The translations under genes were made by a program, and so were the position numbers. Below the pieces are notes generated by a model, which made no database searches, had not been told where the DNA came from, and saw nothing but the letters and a program-made list of their open reading frames with translations. A DNA stretch of 64,000 nucleotides. It comes from a virus. The DNA lies in IMG/VR virus record IMGVR_UViG_3300030493_000012, one strand, 5' to 3'. This document shows, piece after piece, positions 1 to 10,071 of this stretch (positions are counted from its first letter, which is position 1; the number at the start of each line of letters is the position of its first letter).

Positions 1-207
1 TTTTACGGCAATCTTCTGAACAAAATAGCCGATACCTATCTTTATATCCCGCAATAAACTCCTTTTTACAAGATTTGCAAATTTTAACAGATTCAACCCA
101 AATCTTTTTTCTTAATTCGGTTCTTTCTTTAGACAGTCCTTGAAGAAGCCTTCTTTTGTCGCCTTGGTTTTTACCACTGCATTTTCGGCAAAGACATCTG
201 TTTTCAT
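1..207 (-). CDS. Hypothetical Cys-rich (Zn-finger-like) protein, partial (runs off window start)
   Basis: ATG at 207; MKTDVFAEN...CKSC...FCSEDC, open to position 1. Confidence 0.55.
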
Positions 208-333
208 TATTTTTAAGTGTCTTTCGGTGATTGGAAACCGACCTAAAATAATGCTCTCCGCAAACATCACATTTAATTTCTATCTCTTCCTGAACCGTTT
301 TAGGTAAAACTTCTGAAACTATCATAATTAAAT

Positions 334-477
334 CTAATTCATCTCCTTAAACTTAACCCCGGCAATTTGACGTGCCAAAAGATAAATAATCGCAAAAATT
401 GTCAAGCCAGCCATCGCTACAATAAAGACTGGCGACACAAGAATCACGCCAATTGACAAAAGAATGTCTTTTAACAT
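334..477 (-). CDS. Small membrane protein
   Basis: Hydrophobic stretch LLSIGVILVSPVFIVAMAGLTIFAIIYLL; start refined to ATG at 477. Confidence 0.55.
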   Translation of the reverse strand: MLKDILLSIGVILVSPVFIVAMAGLTIFAIIYLLARQIAGVKFKEMN

Positions 478-481
478 AAAT

Positions 482-862
482 TTATGCCTGAGAATCGCCT
501 TTTCCAATCCTAAAACTGCCGTCTTCAAAGTGTTGTGTGCTAAATTCAATAAATTCCGAGTCTTCAAGTGCTATAAACTGATGTGGCGCAAAAGGCGGAA
601 TGTGAATAATTGAACCTTGTTCTAAAATTACCTTCAACTCTTCGCCTGTAAATAAATTGAAATGAATTAGCTCGATTTTACCTTTAATTAGATATAGATG
701 CTCTCGCTTGCCGTGCATATGAGCCGAACATTTTTTGCCTTTCTCAAAGACTAAAATCTTTCCACAATAATCAGGAGAATTGCATATCCAAACTTCTTTT
801 CCCCAGCCTTTTTTATGAATTTCGGGCTTTGTGAACTCAATATTTTGAGGTTTATATTCCAT
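482..862 (-). CDS. Cupin-domain protein
   Basis: KGWGKEVW...CSAHMH...EHLY...PPFAPHQF cupin motifs; start refined to ATG 862, 6 nt after a TATAAT box. Confidence 0.8.
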   Translation of the reverse strand: MEYKPQNIEFTKPEIHKKGWGKEVWICNSPDYCGKILVFEKGKKCSAHMHGKREHLYLIKGKIELIHFNLFTGEELKVILEQGSIIHIPPFAPHQFIALEDSEFIEFSTQHFEDGSFRIGKGDSQA

Positions 863-868
863 TTGAAT

Positions 869-897
869 ATTATAGCCAAAGAAACTCAAAAAGTCAA
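869..897 (-). promoter_or_regulatory. Sigma70-type promoter, leaderless
   Basis: TTGACT-N17-TATAAT-N6-ATG(862). Confidence 0.85.
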
Positions 898-1009
898 GTT
901 TTAGGTTGGCTATATTCGACTGGAACAATGTTTGGCTCGTTAGGAAGTCTAGTTTGGCAGCTTGAAAAACCAAGAATCGTTACTAATAAACAAACATAAA
1001 CTATCTTTT

Positions 1010-1465
1010 TCATAGTCTAAAGAAAAATATACTCTCAATTTCGTCCTTTGTCAACTCAACAATCTTGGAATTTTGAGGCTCAAAAAATCCCATTGTCAAA
1101 TTTCCACCTTCATTATAATAAAAGAAAACATTAATTGCATGACCTTGCATATCAATATCTCTGGTATAATAAATTTCTCCGAAGGCTAAATCAGCCAAAA
1201 TATCGCTGGTGGCTTTGTCTTTTTGGTGTAATTCTTTAATCCAAAAATTAGCGCCCAAGGCAAAATTATCACAGTCTCTCTTGCCTACAATATACTTGCC
1301 AATTTTATTATTGAATTTATATTTTTCCCACGATTTAGCAAATTTTACCTTTATCCAGTCAAGCGAAGGACATAAATACTCGTCATCTCCAAAATAAACA
1401 TGCCTAAAATCTATTTCTTTAGATTTAAGCAGTTCAACTATTTCGTCGGAAGTCGTTATGTGCAT
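1010..1465 (-). CDS. Papain-like / agglutinin C-terminal-type putative cysteine protease
   Basis: DCDNFA...GHAIN...FFEPQ (Cys-His-Glu pattern recalled for the MOA lectin C-terminal-like family). Confidence 0.6.
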   Translation of the reverse strand: MHITTSDEIVELLKSKEIDFRHVYFGDDEYLCPSLDWIKVKFAKSWEKYKFNNKIGKYIVGKRDCDNFALGANFWIKELHQKDKATSDILADLAFGEIYYTRDIDMQGHAINVFFYYNEGGNLTMGFFEPQNSKIVELTKDEIESIFFFRL

Positions 1466-1674
1466 TAGAATTCTTTACCGCAAGCAAAACACTTCTTTTC
1501 TTTGCCTTCAACTAAAACTAAACTGTCTTTTTTGCATGAAGGACAGGTTTGGCGGTCTAAACTATAACTTTTCCAGCAAATTTCGGAGTAGTTGTCTCGA
1601 AAAGATTTGGAAAAGCAATTTCGTGGCTTAGAGCCTTTGCCATTAGACGATTTGCTCTTGTCCATTAGCTTCAA
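1465..1674 (-). CDS. Small phage protein with C-terminal Zn ribbon
   Basis: NGKGSKPR motif; CPSC...CFAC. Confidence 0.6.
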   Translation of the reverse strand: MKLMDKSKSSNGKGSKPRNCFSKSFRDNYSEICWKSYSLDRQTCPSCKKDSLVLVEGKEKKCFACGKEF

Positions 1675-1948
1675 TTACTGGAGTTGGTGCAATTTCGGCA
1701 GGAGGATTTTTTAGAGCGGCCTTTTCGGCTCGACGCTTATCGCGCTCTTCAATTTGATACTTTTTAGCGTAATTAATGTAGCGGTCGCGGTTTTTAACAT
1801 AATGGTCTTTGTCATGCTTTTGAGTGCAAGCCTTGCATTGATACTTGAAACCATGTTTTGCGCCTTTTTGACGATAAAAATGCTCCTTGGTTAAAGGCTT
1901 TTCTTCGGTGCATTTGCTACAGATTCGAGTTAAATTTCGGTCAATCAT
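1643..1948 (-). CDS. Zn-finger protein (CxxC...CxxC of the type found on HNH endonucleases, no nuclease domain seen)
   Basis: RICSKCTEEKPLTKEHF...QCKAC; preceded by GTGTAA-N8-ATG. Confidence 0.65.
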   Translation of the reverse strand: MIDRNLTRICSKCTEEKPLTKEHFYRQKGAKHGFKYQCKACTQKHDKDHYVKNRDRYINYAKKYQIEERDKRRAEKAALKNPPAEIAPTPVIEANGQEQIV

Positions 1949-2200
1949 ACTTTGTATTACACTAATTTTCGGAATGTGACGAAAACTAATTTTCGAACTG
2001 ACATTTGCATTGAATTTGTGTATCTGGCTGGACTACAGCATTTAAAAGTCAACAATATCTTTTGTTTTGCTGAATATTTTGCAGCATAGAGGTTTTTGAT
2101 TCTCAAATATGAGAAATTCATTGTCATCTGACCGAACTGAGATAAATCGTTGTTTCATACTGTTAATTACAGTACAAAAGTGACGAAAATGTTACAAAAA

Positions 2201-3502
2201 TTAAACAGACTCGTTCCAGCCAAGCGAAGCATAAAAAGTCTCGGCCTGCGAGCTAAATCTTTGAATACCAAGAACTATTGTATCTGGATTTCCTGTAATT
2301 CCAACACCTAAAGACACTTTATTTTTAATCTCAGAATTGATTGTGCCTTCAAATTGAGCCTGACCATAGCCTTCTGTCATAACAAGACCGCTAACAATTT
2401 TGGTTGAATTGTCTGTCCCAATTGCCGCTCTAACAGCAGAATAAGGTACTCCTGTATAAGACAAAGCGGTTCCTGTTAAAGTTGGATTATAATATAAGAC
2501 CCACCTAAAAGCCGCCGTTGTCGTGCAAATCATGCTTAAAGATTTAATATCAATTTCAGCATCATAACATCCAGACCTAAGTTGCACAGCAATAATAGGA
2601 TAGACATCAGAATCATTTAATGTAACAAAAGGATTCGCGCCTCTGCTTGTTGAAATATCAAAACCATTTTGCTCTCTTCCGCCTTCTGATGCTACAGAGG
2701 CACAAATACATACCAAAGATGCCGCGCCACCACTTCCGCCGTTGCTAATTTCATACCTTAGAGGTAAATTAGGCGTGGCCATATAGACTTTATCAACTAA
2801 ATTGGCGTGATGAAAGGCATGGCAATAAACAAAAATACCATCAATTACAAAACCCATTCTGACAGAACCAGTTCCGAGCCATTCATAATCAATTAAAAAG
2901 ATTTGAGCCTTGGAAGTGTCTATTGTTTTACCAGAAGGCCCGGTTCCATCCAAAGAATCAATATTCCAGTCTGCTTGCTCGACTGTTTCATACTCAATCG
3001 AACCATTGGTTTTGTTTCTAATTCTAAACCTTAAAGCCGCGCCTGCTAATTCAAAAAGAATACCATTATTATCATCAAATAAACCAATCCTGCGCGTGAC
3101 GCCTGTAACCGCCGCTCCTAAAACGCCAGTCATTAGAACTAGTTGCGAACGACCGGGTTGATAATTAAATCTCCTTTTAGTTTGTCTGACTCTAGTTCCT
3201 GCTGTAGAAGCACTTACAGCTATAGTTGTTGAGGCTTGGCCCAAATTGTACGTTGACGTAGTGCCGGTTCCAGAGGTTTGCTGGTCGTCCCAATATAATG
3301 GCCGATTATCAATTAATTGTTTGGAATCAAAAATAACATGAGGCTGCGATATTCTTAAGCGTCCGAAGGCGTCTAAAGTGGCGGCGTCCAATGAGCCAGT
3401 AATACCCGGTTGCATCTTATCTAGCAAGGGGTTATAATACATTGGCGTGATGAACTTGTTAGTTCCGCCATCACCGTAGTCAATTATTGGTCTGTTGGGC
3501 AC
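2201..3502 (-). CDS. Conserved phage protein, probable virion structural protein
   Basis: 433 aa, Gly/Ser/Thr-rich, beta-rich; DAFGRLRISQP..FD motif recurrent in large phages; GTG start; upstream GTGTAA motif. Confidence 0.55.
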   Translation of the reverse strand: MPNRPIIDYGDGGTNKFITPMYYNPLLDKMQPGITGSLDAATLDAFGRLRISQPHVIFDSKQLIDNRPLYWDDQQTSGTGTTSTYNLGQASTTIAVSASTAGTRVRQTKRRFNYQPGRSQLVLMTGVLGAAVTGVTRRIGLFDDNNGILFELAGAALRFRIRNKTNGSIEYETVEQADWNIDSLDGTGPSGKTIDTSKAQIFLIDYEWLGTGSVRMGFVIDGIFVYCHAFHHANLVDKVYMATPNLPLRYEISNGGSGGAASLVCICASVASEGGREQNGFDISTSRGANPFVTLNDSDVYPIIAVQLRSGCYDAEIDIKSLSMICTTTAAFRWVLYYNPTLTGTALSYTGVPYSAVRAAIGTDNSTKIVSGLVMTEGYGQAQFEGTINSEIKNKVSLGVGITGNPDTIVLGIQRFSSQAETFYASLGWNESV

Positions 3503-3540
3503 AAAACTTTAGTATTCTTGATTATTATTACACTTTTATG

Positions 3541-3569
3541 TTGACTTTTTGGCGCAATTTGGCTATCAT
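3541..3569 (+). promoter_or_regulatory. Sigma70-type promoter, leaderless
   Basis: TTGACT-N17-TATCAT-N6-ATG(3576). Confidence 0.85.
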
Positions 3570-3575
3570 TGAAAT

Positions 3576-3968
3576 ATGCGAGAATTAAAATTTAGAGTTT
3601 GGACAGGTAATAAAATGGAATATAACGTAATGGTTGGTTTTTTGGGCGCATTTTACGTCCAAGGAATTAATCCGCATGATTCTGCTTGTCTTAGTAGTTT
3701 TAATACAATTTATTCTAAAGAAACACCAGTAATGCAATTTACAGGATTGAAAGATTCGACCGGAAAAGATATTTACGAAGGAGATATTATTTTTGACGGA
3801 GAAAGTTCTACTAAAATAATGAAAAAATTTTTTATTGAATATAATAAAGACTATGGCCGTTTTACAGCAATAGGAGTAGGTCGAGAAAGCTGGACTTGGG
3901 TTCTTGATATTCGCTCAACCGGAAAAGTTGTCGGTAATATTTTCGAAAATCTCGAACTACTTAAATAA
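3576..3968 (+). CDS. YopX family protein (copy 1)
   Basis: MRELKFRVW...MQFTGLKD..GKDIYEGDI...VVGNIFEN. Confidence 0.9.
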   Translation: MRELKFRVWTGNKMEYNVMVGFLGAFYVQGINPHDSACLSSFNTIYSKETPVMQFTGLKDSTGKDIYEGDIIFDGESSTKIMKKFFIEYNKDYGRFTAIGVGRESWTWVLDIRSTGKVVGNIFENLELLK

Positions 3969-3970
3969 TC

Positions 3971-4354
3971 ATGAGAGAATTAAAATTTAGAATTTGGCAA
4001 AAAAATCAAAATACTTGGTGCGACGAGTCTTTTTATATTAGTCCAAATGGAAAATGGATCATGCAAGAAGGTAATTATGAAAATATTCATCATTTAAACA
4101 ATGGAAAGTTCATAGTCCAGCAATTTACCGGAGTAAAAGACTCGGATGAGAAAGAAATTTTTGAAGGAGACATTGTAAATGTCAAATTCAGAAAATGCGG
4201 CGAACAAATTTGTGAAATTAAATATGACACAATGGGATTTGAATGCTTCTTGATAACAAAAGAAGAGCCTAGTTTTCCGATGTGTATTAAAGATATAATA
4301 ATTAAAATTAAAGTTATTGGCAATATCTTTGAAAATCCAGAATTATTGAAATGA
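3971..4354 (+). CDS. YopX family protein (copy 2)
   Basis: KFRIW...QQFTGVKD...EIFEGDIV...IGNIFENPELL. Confidence 0.9.
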   Translation: MRELKFRIWQKNQNTWCDESFYISPNGKWIMQEGNYENIHHLNNGKFIVQQFTGVKDSDEKEIFEGDIVNVKFRKCGEQICEIKYDTMGFECFLITKEEPSFPMCIKDIIIKIKVIGNIFENPELLK

Positions 4355-4845
4355 ATAATAGAATATTGAAATTTAGAGTTTATGACAACAAAAACAAACG
4401 CTTTTTGCTTCCTTATCCATTTTTAGACGTTAGAGCAGTTAATTCTTTCGAAGGAGAAAAGCACATTGACTCATTTTTATTGTGCGGAAATGGTGAATTA
4501 GCATTTAATCTAAAATTTTATTGCGCGGCTAATAAAGAAGAAAATCAAATTAGATATTCAATTTTGCAATTTACAGGTTTATTGGATGCAAATAACAAAG
4601 AAATATTTGAAGGGGACATAGTTAAAACCGACCCAAAACACATGGCTTCGGCTTTAGGTTTAGTTCCTAATTACACAAAAGGCTATATTGACTGGGTTAA
4701 TGAATCATGGAAAGTATGCCAATCAAAAATCGGAGCCACACATTTAGGAGATTTTGCGACTTGCCATTGTTGTAATTGTGGGCTGGAAATTATTGGAAAT
4801 ATATTTGAAAACCCTGAAATTTTAGAACAAAACAATGAACAATAA
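4351..4845 (+). CDS. YopX family protein (copy 3)
   Basis: KFRVY...QFTGLLD...EIFEGDIV...IGNIFENPEIL; ATGA overlap with copy 2. Confidence 0.9.
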   Translation: MNNRILKFRVYDNKNKRFLLPYPFLDVRAVNSFEGEKHIDSFLLCGNGELAFNLKFYCAANKEENQIRYSILQFTGLLDANNKEIFEGDIVKTDPKHMASALGLVPNYTKGYIDWVNESWKVCQSKIGATHLGDFATCHCCNCGLEIIGNIFENPEILEQNNEQ

Positions 4846-5251
4846 CTTTATATTAAGAGCATGGGACAGAGAAACTAAAAAATTCGCCTCTGTGGCTAGT
4901 TTGGTCATGTTGAGATATGGTCAAGTTGACGCACCAGACCGGCACTATTCATTTTCAAATGACGACTATGATAGATTTGAGTTTTGCAGATTTACTGGGC
5001 TTTTTGATAATAACAACAAACCGATTTTCGAGAATGATATTGTAAAAACGATTTATGACGCTGATAAAATTGGAAAGGTTGTTTTTAGTTCCTCGTTAGC
5101 GTCATTTAGAGTAGCCTCGCTAACAAGAGAGCTAAGTATGCCAATCGTCACATATCGAGTAAATGAAAATTCTCCTAACGAAGGCAAGTTTTTATTGATT
5201 ATAGAAGAGGTTATCGGGAATGTGTTTGAGAATCCAGAGTTAATTTCTTGA
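4835..5251 (+). CDS. YopX family protein (copy 4)
   Basis: LRAWD...RFTGLFD...IFENDIV...IGNVFENPEL. Confidence 0.88.
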   Translation: MNNNFILRAWDRETKKFASVASLVMLRYGQVDAPDRHYSFSNDDYDRFEFCRFTGLFDNNNKPIFENDIVKTIYDADKIGKVVFSSSLASFRVASLTRELSMPIVTYRVNENSPNEGKFLLIIEEVIGNVFENPELIS

Positions 5252-5276
5252 CAAAAAGTAATGATTAGAATATCAT
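5248..5276 (+). promoter_or_regulatory. Sigma70-type promoter, leaderless; -35 box contains the TGA stop of YopX copy 4
   Basis: TTGACA-N17-TATCAT-N6-ATG(5283). Confidence 0.85.
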
Positions 5277-5282
5277 AAAAAT

Positions 5283-5495
5283 ATGAAAATCCTAAAACAC
5301 GCAGCTAAACAAAAAAGATTACGATATTATTATGGAAAATGTTCAAATTGTGGATGTGTTGTTTCTGCTAATTCTGATGAAATTATTTCGTATGGATGGA
5401 GCAGAATATGTCCACCTTATTATTATGTAAGTTGTCCAGAACGAGGCTGTAAAAATACAATAGGCTTATATTCAAAGAAAAAATCTATAAAATAA
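5283..5495 (+). CDS. Small Zn-ribbon protein
   Basis: CSNCGC...CPERGC; own promoter. Confidence 0.7.
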   Translation: MKILKHAAKQKRLRYYYGKCSNCGCVVSANSDEIISYGWSRICPPYYYVSCPERGCKNTIGLYSKKKSIK

Positions 5496-5496
5496 T

Positions 5497-5955
5497 ATGT
5501 ACAATACCTTAATTGAAAACCCGCGCAAGATAGAGTTTAGAGTTTGGGAAATTGAAGATAGAAAGATGTTCTATTTACCATCACCAATGTATAGAGCAGA
5601 GGCTTATGAAAAATTTCTAATTACCTTGGACGGAAAAATCTTTTATTATGACAAAAAGAATAGGCTAGAGTCCGAACTCTTTATAGTTCAACAGTTTACC
5701 GGCCTTTTGGATAAAGAAAAAAACAAGATTTTCGAAGGTGACATTGTTCGTTTTGGTAAAAACAATAAATTCCCAATTGACCGAAGCGCCAGAATATTAG
5801 AAGGAATTGTGGAATGGGAGCCAGCCGGGGCTATGTTTGTCGTGGTTGTCTATAATAAAGAAGAAGATAATGTTGTTGAGGAAATCCATGAATTAAGACA
5901 GGCAGACAAGATTTATACTGTGGTTGGAAATGTATTTGAAGGCATCAAAATATGA
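5497..5955 (+). CDS. YopX family protein (copy 5)
   Basis: EFRVWE...QQFTGLLD...IFEGDIV...VVGNVFE. Confidence 0.88.
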   Translation: MYNTLIENPRKIEFRVWEIEDRKMFYLPSPMYRAEAYEKFLITLDGKIFYYDKKNRLESELFIVQQFTGLLDKEKNKIFEGDIVRFGKNNKFPIDRSARILEGIVEWEPAGAMFVVVVYNKEEDNVVEEIHELRQADKIYTVVGNVFEGIKI

Positions 5956-6323
5956 AATTGTATATAGAAAAATCTCAGATAGATAAAAAACTTTGTATTC
6001 ATTGCGAACATTGCTCTGTTTATGCCGGAATTGGCGCGAAAGACAGGATAATGTGCGGTCTGTATAGAGATAAAATTGACAATTCTGAGATTTATTACGC
6101 ATGGCAAAGCAGGAGTCTTTTGGGAAAATGCGGAGGACGAAAATGGAAAGTTTCTTCTAATTTGGTAATTTGTGAGTCTAAAGAAAAAGCCGACCATCTT
6201 CGTTCGGAAGATTGGATTGAAGGATTTATGCCGTTCGCTAGAGAGGTTGTTAAGAATAATCAAAAGATTTCTATCACATGTGGCGGATTAGACTCTGCTA
6301 TTGAACGAGTTAGGAAGGAATAA
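5952..6323 (+). CDS. Hypothetical Cys-containing protein
   Basis: ATGA overlap with YopX copy 5. Confidence 0.6.
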   Translation: MKLYIEKSQIDKKLCIHCEHCSVYAGIGAKDRIMCGLYRDKIDNSEIYYAWQSRSLLGKCGGRKWKVSSNLVICESKEKADHLRSEDWIEGFMPFAREVVKNNQKISITCGGLDSAIERVRKE

Positions 6324-6327
6324 AATT

Positions 6328-6576
6328 ATGGCCAACCCAATGTCTCACCGCTATTATACCACAGAAGAACTTCTTATGATGGAGAAGCAAAAGAATATCG
6401 AAAAGTCAGAAAAGTTAGTTGCGGCTTATGAAAAGATTATTGAGTTGCAAAACAAAATAAATGAATTAGCTTTTCCCACGCCTCAAATTAAAAGCAGCAA
6501 AACTGGATTTTATGAGACTTGGAAATCAGAAATATTTAGTCCGAAATTTAAAGCCACAGTAACAGAGGTTGATTAG
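6328..6576 (+). CDS. Hypothetical coiled-coil protein
   Basis: Start refined to ATG 6328 (MANPMS). Confidence 0.6.
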   Translation: MANPMSHRYYTTEELLMMEKQKNIEKSEKLVAAYEKIIELQNKINELAFPTPQIKSSKTGFYETWKSEIFSPKFKATVTEVD

Positions 6577-6727
6577 ATTATGAGCTACGACATACTTGGT
6601 AAAGCCATAGATAAACTCCTTAAGGTTTGTGCTATATTACTTTTTATTTTTGTGCCGCTTGGACTTTGGAAAATAGTAGATATTGTAGTTTGGCTTTGGG
6701 ATAAATTTAGTATAACAATTAACTAAT

Positions 6728-7033
6728 ATGCACACAAAACACCATTCTTTATTCAAAGAGGTATTAGCAGAAAATGTCGTAAATTATCAATACAATATTA
6801 TTGAATTTGGAATATCGGAAGGCTATGATGAACGAAAGAGACCAGAATATATTTACAAATTAAAAACCTTTAATGGCGCATTTAAGAATGAAACAAAATC
6901 ATTTGAATTTAGATATTTTAGATATTTAGATAAAGATGAAATACAAAAGTTTGTTTTTAGGTCACTATCTGAGCAAGACAGTAATTTTGAGTTCAAAAAT
7001 GGCAAGTTCAATAAACGATTTATTTGTTATTAA
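6728..7033 (+). CDS. Hypothetical protein
   Basis: ORF in plus-strand gene block. Confidence 0.55.
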   Translation: MHTKHHSLFKEVLAENVVNYQYNIIEFGISEGYDERKRPEYIYKLKTFNGAFKNETKSFEFRYFRYLDKDEIQKFVFRSLSEQDSNFEFKNGKFNKRFICY

Positions 7034-7037
7034 AATT

Positions 7038-7265
7038 ATGTCCAACCCAGCCTATCCAAGAAATTTTAATGAATTAAATTATTTTGAAACTCAGGCTTGT
7101 GTTGAAAAGGCTGAGAAAGACGAATTGATTCTCAGATATAATAAAATAATTGCCGAGCTAACTGTCAAAAATGAAATTTTACAAAAAGAATTGGATGATT
7201 TAAAATTAAAACATAGAGTGGCTAAAAAATCAAAAGTTTTGGTAAAGGATATGCAACTAGACTAA
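7038..7265 (+). CDS. Hypothetical coiled-coil protein
   Basis: Start refined to ATG 7038 (MSNPAY). Confidence 0.55.
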   Translation: MSNPAYPRNFNELNYFETQACVEKAEKDELILRYNKIIAELTVKNEILQKELDDLKLKHRVAKKSKVLVKDMQLD

Positions 7266-7408
7266 TTCTGTGAACTTAATACTTATTATTATCTGTTTAG
7301 TTTTGATTAATGTTTTCAACGAAGATTAGTTTCTTGAATATTAAAACCTCGCGCTTAGAATTTCAAACATAAAATAACTCAATTAGAATTTAATTTCAAA
7401 AGAAAAAT

Positions 7409-7660
7409 ATGAAACACTGGACAACCAAAGAATTTATTCTGTTTAGCGACAAAAATTTCAGCCTCCAAATTAATCAAAAACTGGAATGCAAAATTATCAA
7501 CAATAATGATTGTATTTACGATGGTGTTGACATTGACCTTCTTATAGATAGTCTTAACGCCGAAATTAACAAAAAAATCGAACTTAGAAATAAAATCGAA
7601 AAATGTGGAAGCATTATTCGTGAAAAGTTAAGAAATAAAACTTTTGTGTTTATCGAGTGA
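7409..7660 (+). CDS. Hypothetical protein
   Basis: Last ORF of plus-strand block. Confidence 0.55.
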   Translation: MKHWTTKEFILFSDKNFSLQINQKLECKIINNNDCIYDGVDIDLLIDSLNAEINKKIELRNKIEKCGSIIREKLRNKTFVFIE

Positions 7661-8770
7661 CTCCAATTTTCTAGAATATAACGTTTAAGTATTAAAACCT
7701 GTTTATTATGTTAAAGATATAAAGCCTAATAAACTAGGTAATTGTATTGTGCAGTGGCGATTTATTATTTTCGGAACATTCGGTTTTGGAATTTTCGGCC
7801 ATTTTTATCAAGCCAATTTTGTGGCTAAGCTAAATAATCTGTTTAGTTTTCTTTTGAAAAAGGCAGCTTCGCCAGTTTTTTGATATTCATTGATATTAAT
7901 AGTTATCAAAACACAAGGCCGAACACAACAATTGATGTTGGTTGATAAATTTATTTTCGGAACTTTAATTTTCGAGCTAAATCTTCTATTTTTTAAAAAC
8001 ACACAAATAACATAGAGACTCAGAATACATAGACTGAATAAACAAAGATAGAGTATTTTCGGAACTATTTTAATTTTAATTAAGTGGCGGATTTTTTCAG
8101 ATGAACAAAATGGAGATAAAGACAAGGCATAAAAGATATATTGAAGAATAGATTAAATAAAGCATTTTCGTATGTTTAGTTAATTATGGTTAATTTTCGA
8201 TTTTTTAGAATTAAGGAATACAACGAAGACATAGAATGTTTACAAAGAAACAAGCAATATAAAAAAGCATTGGATTGATTAAATACCTGTAGATAAACAT
8301 AAAGATATAGAACATTTTCGTATGTTTTTAGGTTGGTATTTTAAATCGGAGAATTGTAGAGGCCACTGCGGCCAAAAAAATTTGGATAAGTTTTTTTTAT
8401 TCGCAAAATCATGGGGTCTAATACTTGAAAAAATATTCCGAAAATATCAAAGGCAGGTCTTACTTGGCATGATTCTAGAATCAATAAACCTTTATACTGT
8501 CATTAGCTTATCTAAATACTTCATTGTTTTTCTAACTATCTTCTATGTTTTTCAAAGTTGGCACACTTTTAAATCGTTTTTAAGGCCAGTCTAATGGTAA
8601 AAATTTTTTGTTCTCAATTGTGAGCAAATGCTTGATATATAGCAACTTACAACACAAAACCAAAATTGCCCGCTATGGTTACTCTAATGGGCTGTTTTTT
8701 GCGGCAAATTCAATCCTAGAGAGTTTTGAGAATAAGTCTCAATAGAATGACGACTTGTTTAATCGTGATT
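7661..8770. other. Long AT-rich non-coding region at the convergence of the two transcription directions
   Basis: No credible ORF; direct repeat CATTTTCGTATGTTT at 8163 and 8313; TTTCGGA at 7768, 7955, 8057. Confidence 0.6.
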
Positions 8771-8785
8771 CAATCTAACCAAAGC

Positions 8786-8813
8786 AAAAAAACCCCCGCT
8801 TGTTGAGCGGGGT
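8786..8813 (-). terminator. Rho-independent terminator
   Basis: CCCCGCT-caaca-AGCGGGGG followed by T-run. Confidence 0.8.
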
Positions 8814-8831
8814 GTTGTGTGGATTGATTGC

Positions 8832-9218
8832 CTAGGCTTGCGCTTGCGCGTCTCTTGTGGCCATTGCTTCGCCCATTGCCATGATTGGACAGTTATCAAG
8901 TAAGCTGGTATCGTTGTCAGCTTGCCCCATCTTATAGGTGAATGAATACTTGCCATTGGCCCCAACGGCAACCCGACAAGCCCGCTCGCTATCCTGCCCA
9001 AGGTAAAGCCCTTTTTGAATGCCGATAGCGTCAAGCAAATCAGAAGCTTTAATGCAAGCCGCGATGGCGGGAGCAGCATCACGGCGAATAGACGCAAGCA
9101 ATGCGTGATTGGCTTGGCAAGCTTGGTTAGACTCCAAGCGTTTAGCCCACGTTGCTCCTCTGCGATTGAAGATAGCCCGCCCGGTTTTTTGAGTAAGGAT
9201 TTTTTCGAGTTTATTCAT
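8832..9218 (-). CDS. Hypothetical Ala-rich protein
   Basis: Start refined to ATG 9218 (MNKLEK); followed by terminator. Confidence 0.65.
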   Translation of the reverse strand: MNKLEKILTQKTGRAIFNRRGATWAKRLESNQACQANHALLASIRRDAAPAIAACIKASDLLDAIGIQKGLYLGQDSERACRVAVGANGKYSFTYKMGQADNDTSLLDNCPIMAMGEAMATRDAQAQA

Positions 9219-9568
9219 TGTATTAGTTAATTTAATGTTGTGGTTTTTTGTTACGAAAATTAACCAACTAATTCCCAAACGCGGTTTGCCCTGTCTTGGG
9301 CCGCAAAATACTTATCGTTGTTTGCGCTGTCATTGCCCTCCCAAAACATGGTGGTTAGCTTGTAAAGGTTAGATGCGATTGCTTGCAATTTGCGGGCCAA
9401 TTCTAGGTTTTTGTTCATAATGTTTTTAATGTTTAATTGTTTAATTTAACAAGGTGAATCTAACACAATCCTTTAATCCGTCAATATCTTTTTTAATCTT
9501 TTTTTCGATTATAGTTTTCCTAATATTCCGAAAAGCTTTTCCTAATAATCCTAATCTGCGAAAGCAAT

Positions 9569-9595
9569 AAAAAACCTAGGTTTTACCCTAGGCTG
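9569..9595 (-). terminator. Rho-independent terminator
   Basis: CCTAGG-gtaaaa-CCTAGG followed by T-run. Confidence 0.7.
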
Positions 9596-9621
9596 TTCTG
9601 TAATTGTTTTTAATGCTTTGT

Positions 9622-10071
9622 TTAGCCAACGCTAATAATGCTTTGATCTTTTACCGTGAAACATTCGGGGGAATCTTCACTTGTGCGGAATTCGCTTGCA
9701 AGGCAAAGAGCTTGCGCGGTTTCCTTGGTGCAAGGCAATCCATCGCAGTAATATTCAACCGATGGGCGCAAATTTTCAAAGCTGGCCGGATATAATCTGA
9801 CATAATCATTCCCATTATGCCCGATAATATAGGGGTAGTTAATCCAATTACCCCAAGGCAAAGATTGAACCGGCCCACGTTCCCCGGACTCAATACCTTG
9901 TTTGACTGTCCCAAGATTGGCAAAGTTAATCCCCGCCCGAACATAGGCGCAAGTCCTTTTGACTACGCTATTTGAGACTCCTTTGCGAGTCTTAAGCGGG
10001 CGCGCCCATGTAACGGGTAAATGCTGGCCATTATGATTTTTGAGCCTATTAATTATGTCAATGGGTTGCAT
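9622..10071 (-). CDS. Conserved phage hypothetical protein
   Basis: VRAGINFANL...GERGPVQSLPWG...YPYII...YVRLYP, a recurrent phage family of unknown function. Confidence 0.7.
   Translation of the reverse strand: MQPIDIINRLKNHNGQHLPVTWARPLKTRKGVSNSVVKRTCAYVRAGINFANLGTVKQGIESGERGPVQSLPWGNWINYPYIIGHNGNDYVRLYPASFENLRPSVEYYCDGLPCTKETAQALCLASEFRTSEDSPECFTVKDQSIISVG

Noticed and set aside
3576-5955. Diversity-generating retroelement acting on the YopX copies
   Set aside because: No reverse transcriptase in the window and no near-identical TR/VR pair differing at adenines.
7808-8594. ORFs 7808..8125 and 8322..8594
   Set aside because: Low-complexity translations of an AT-rich repeat region, with no promoter or family motif.
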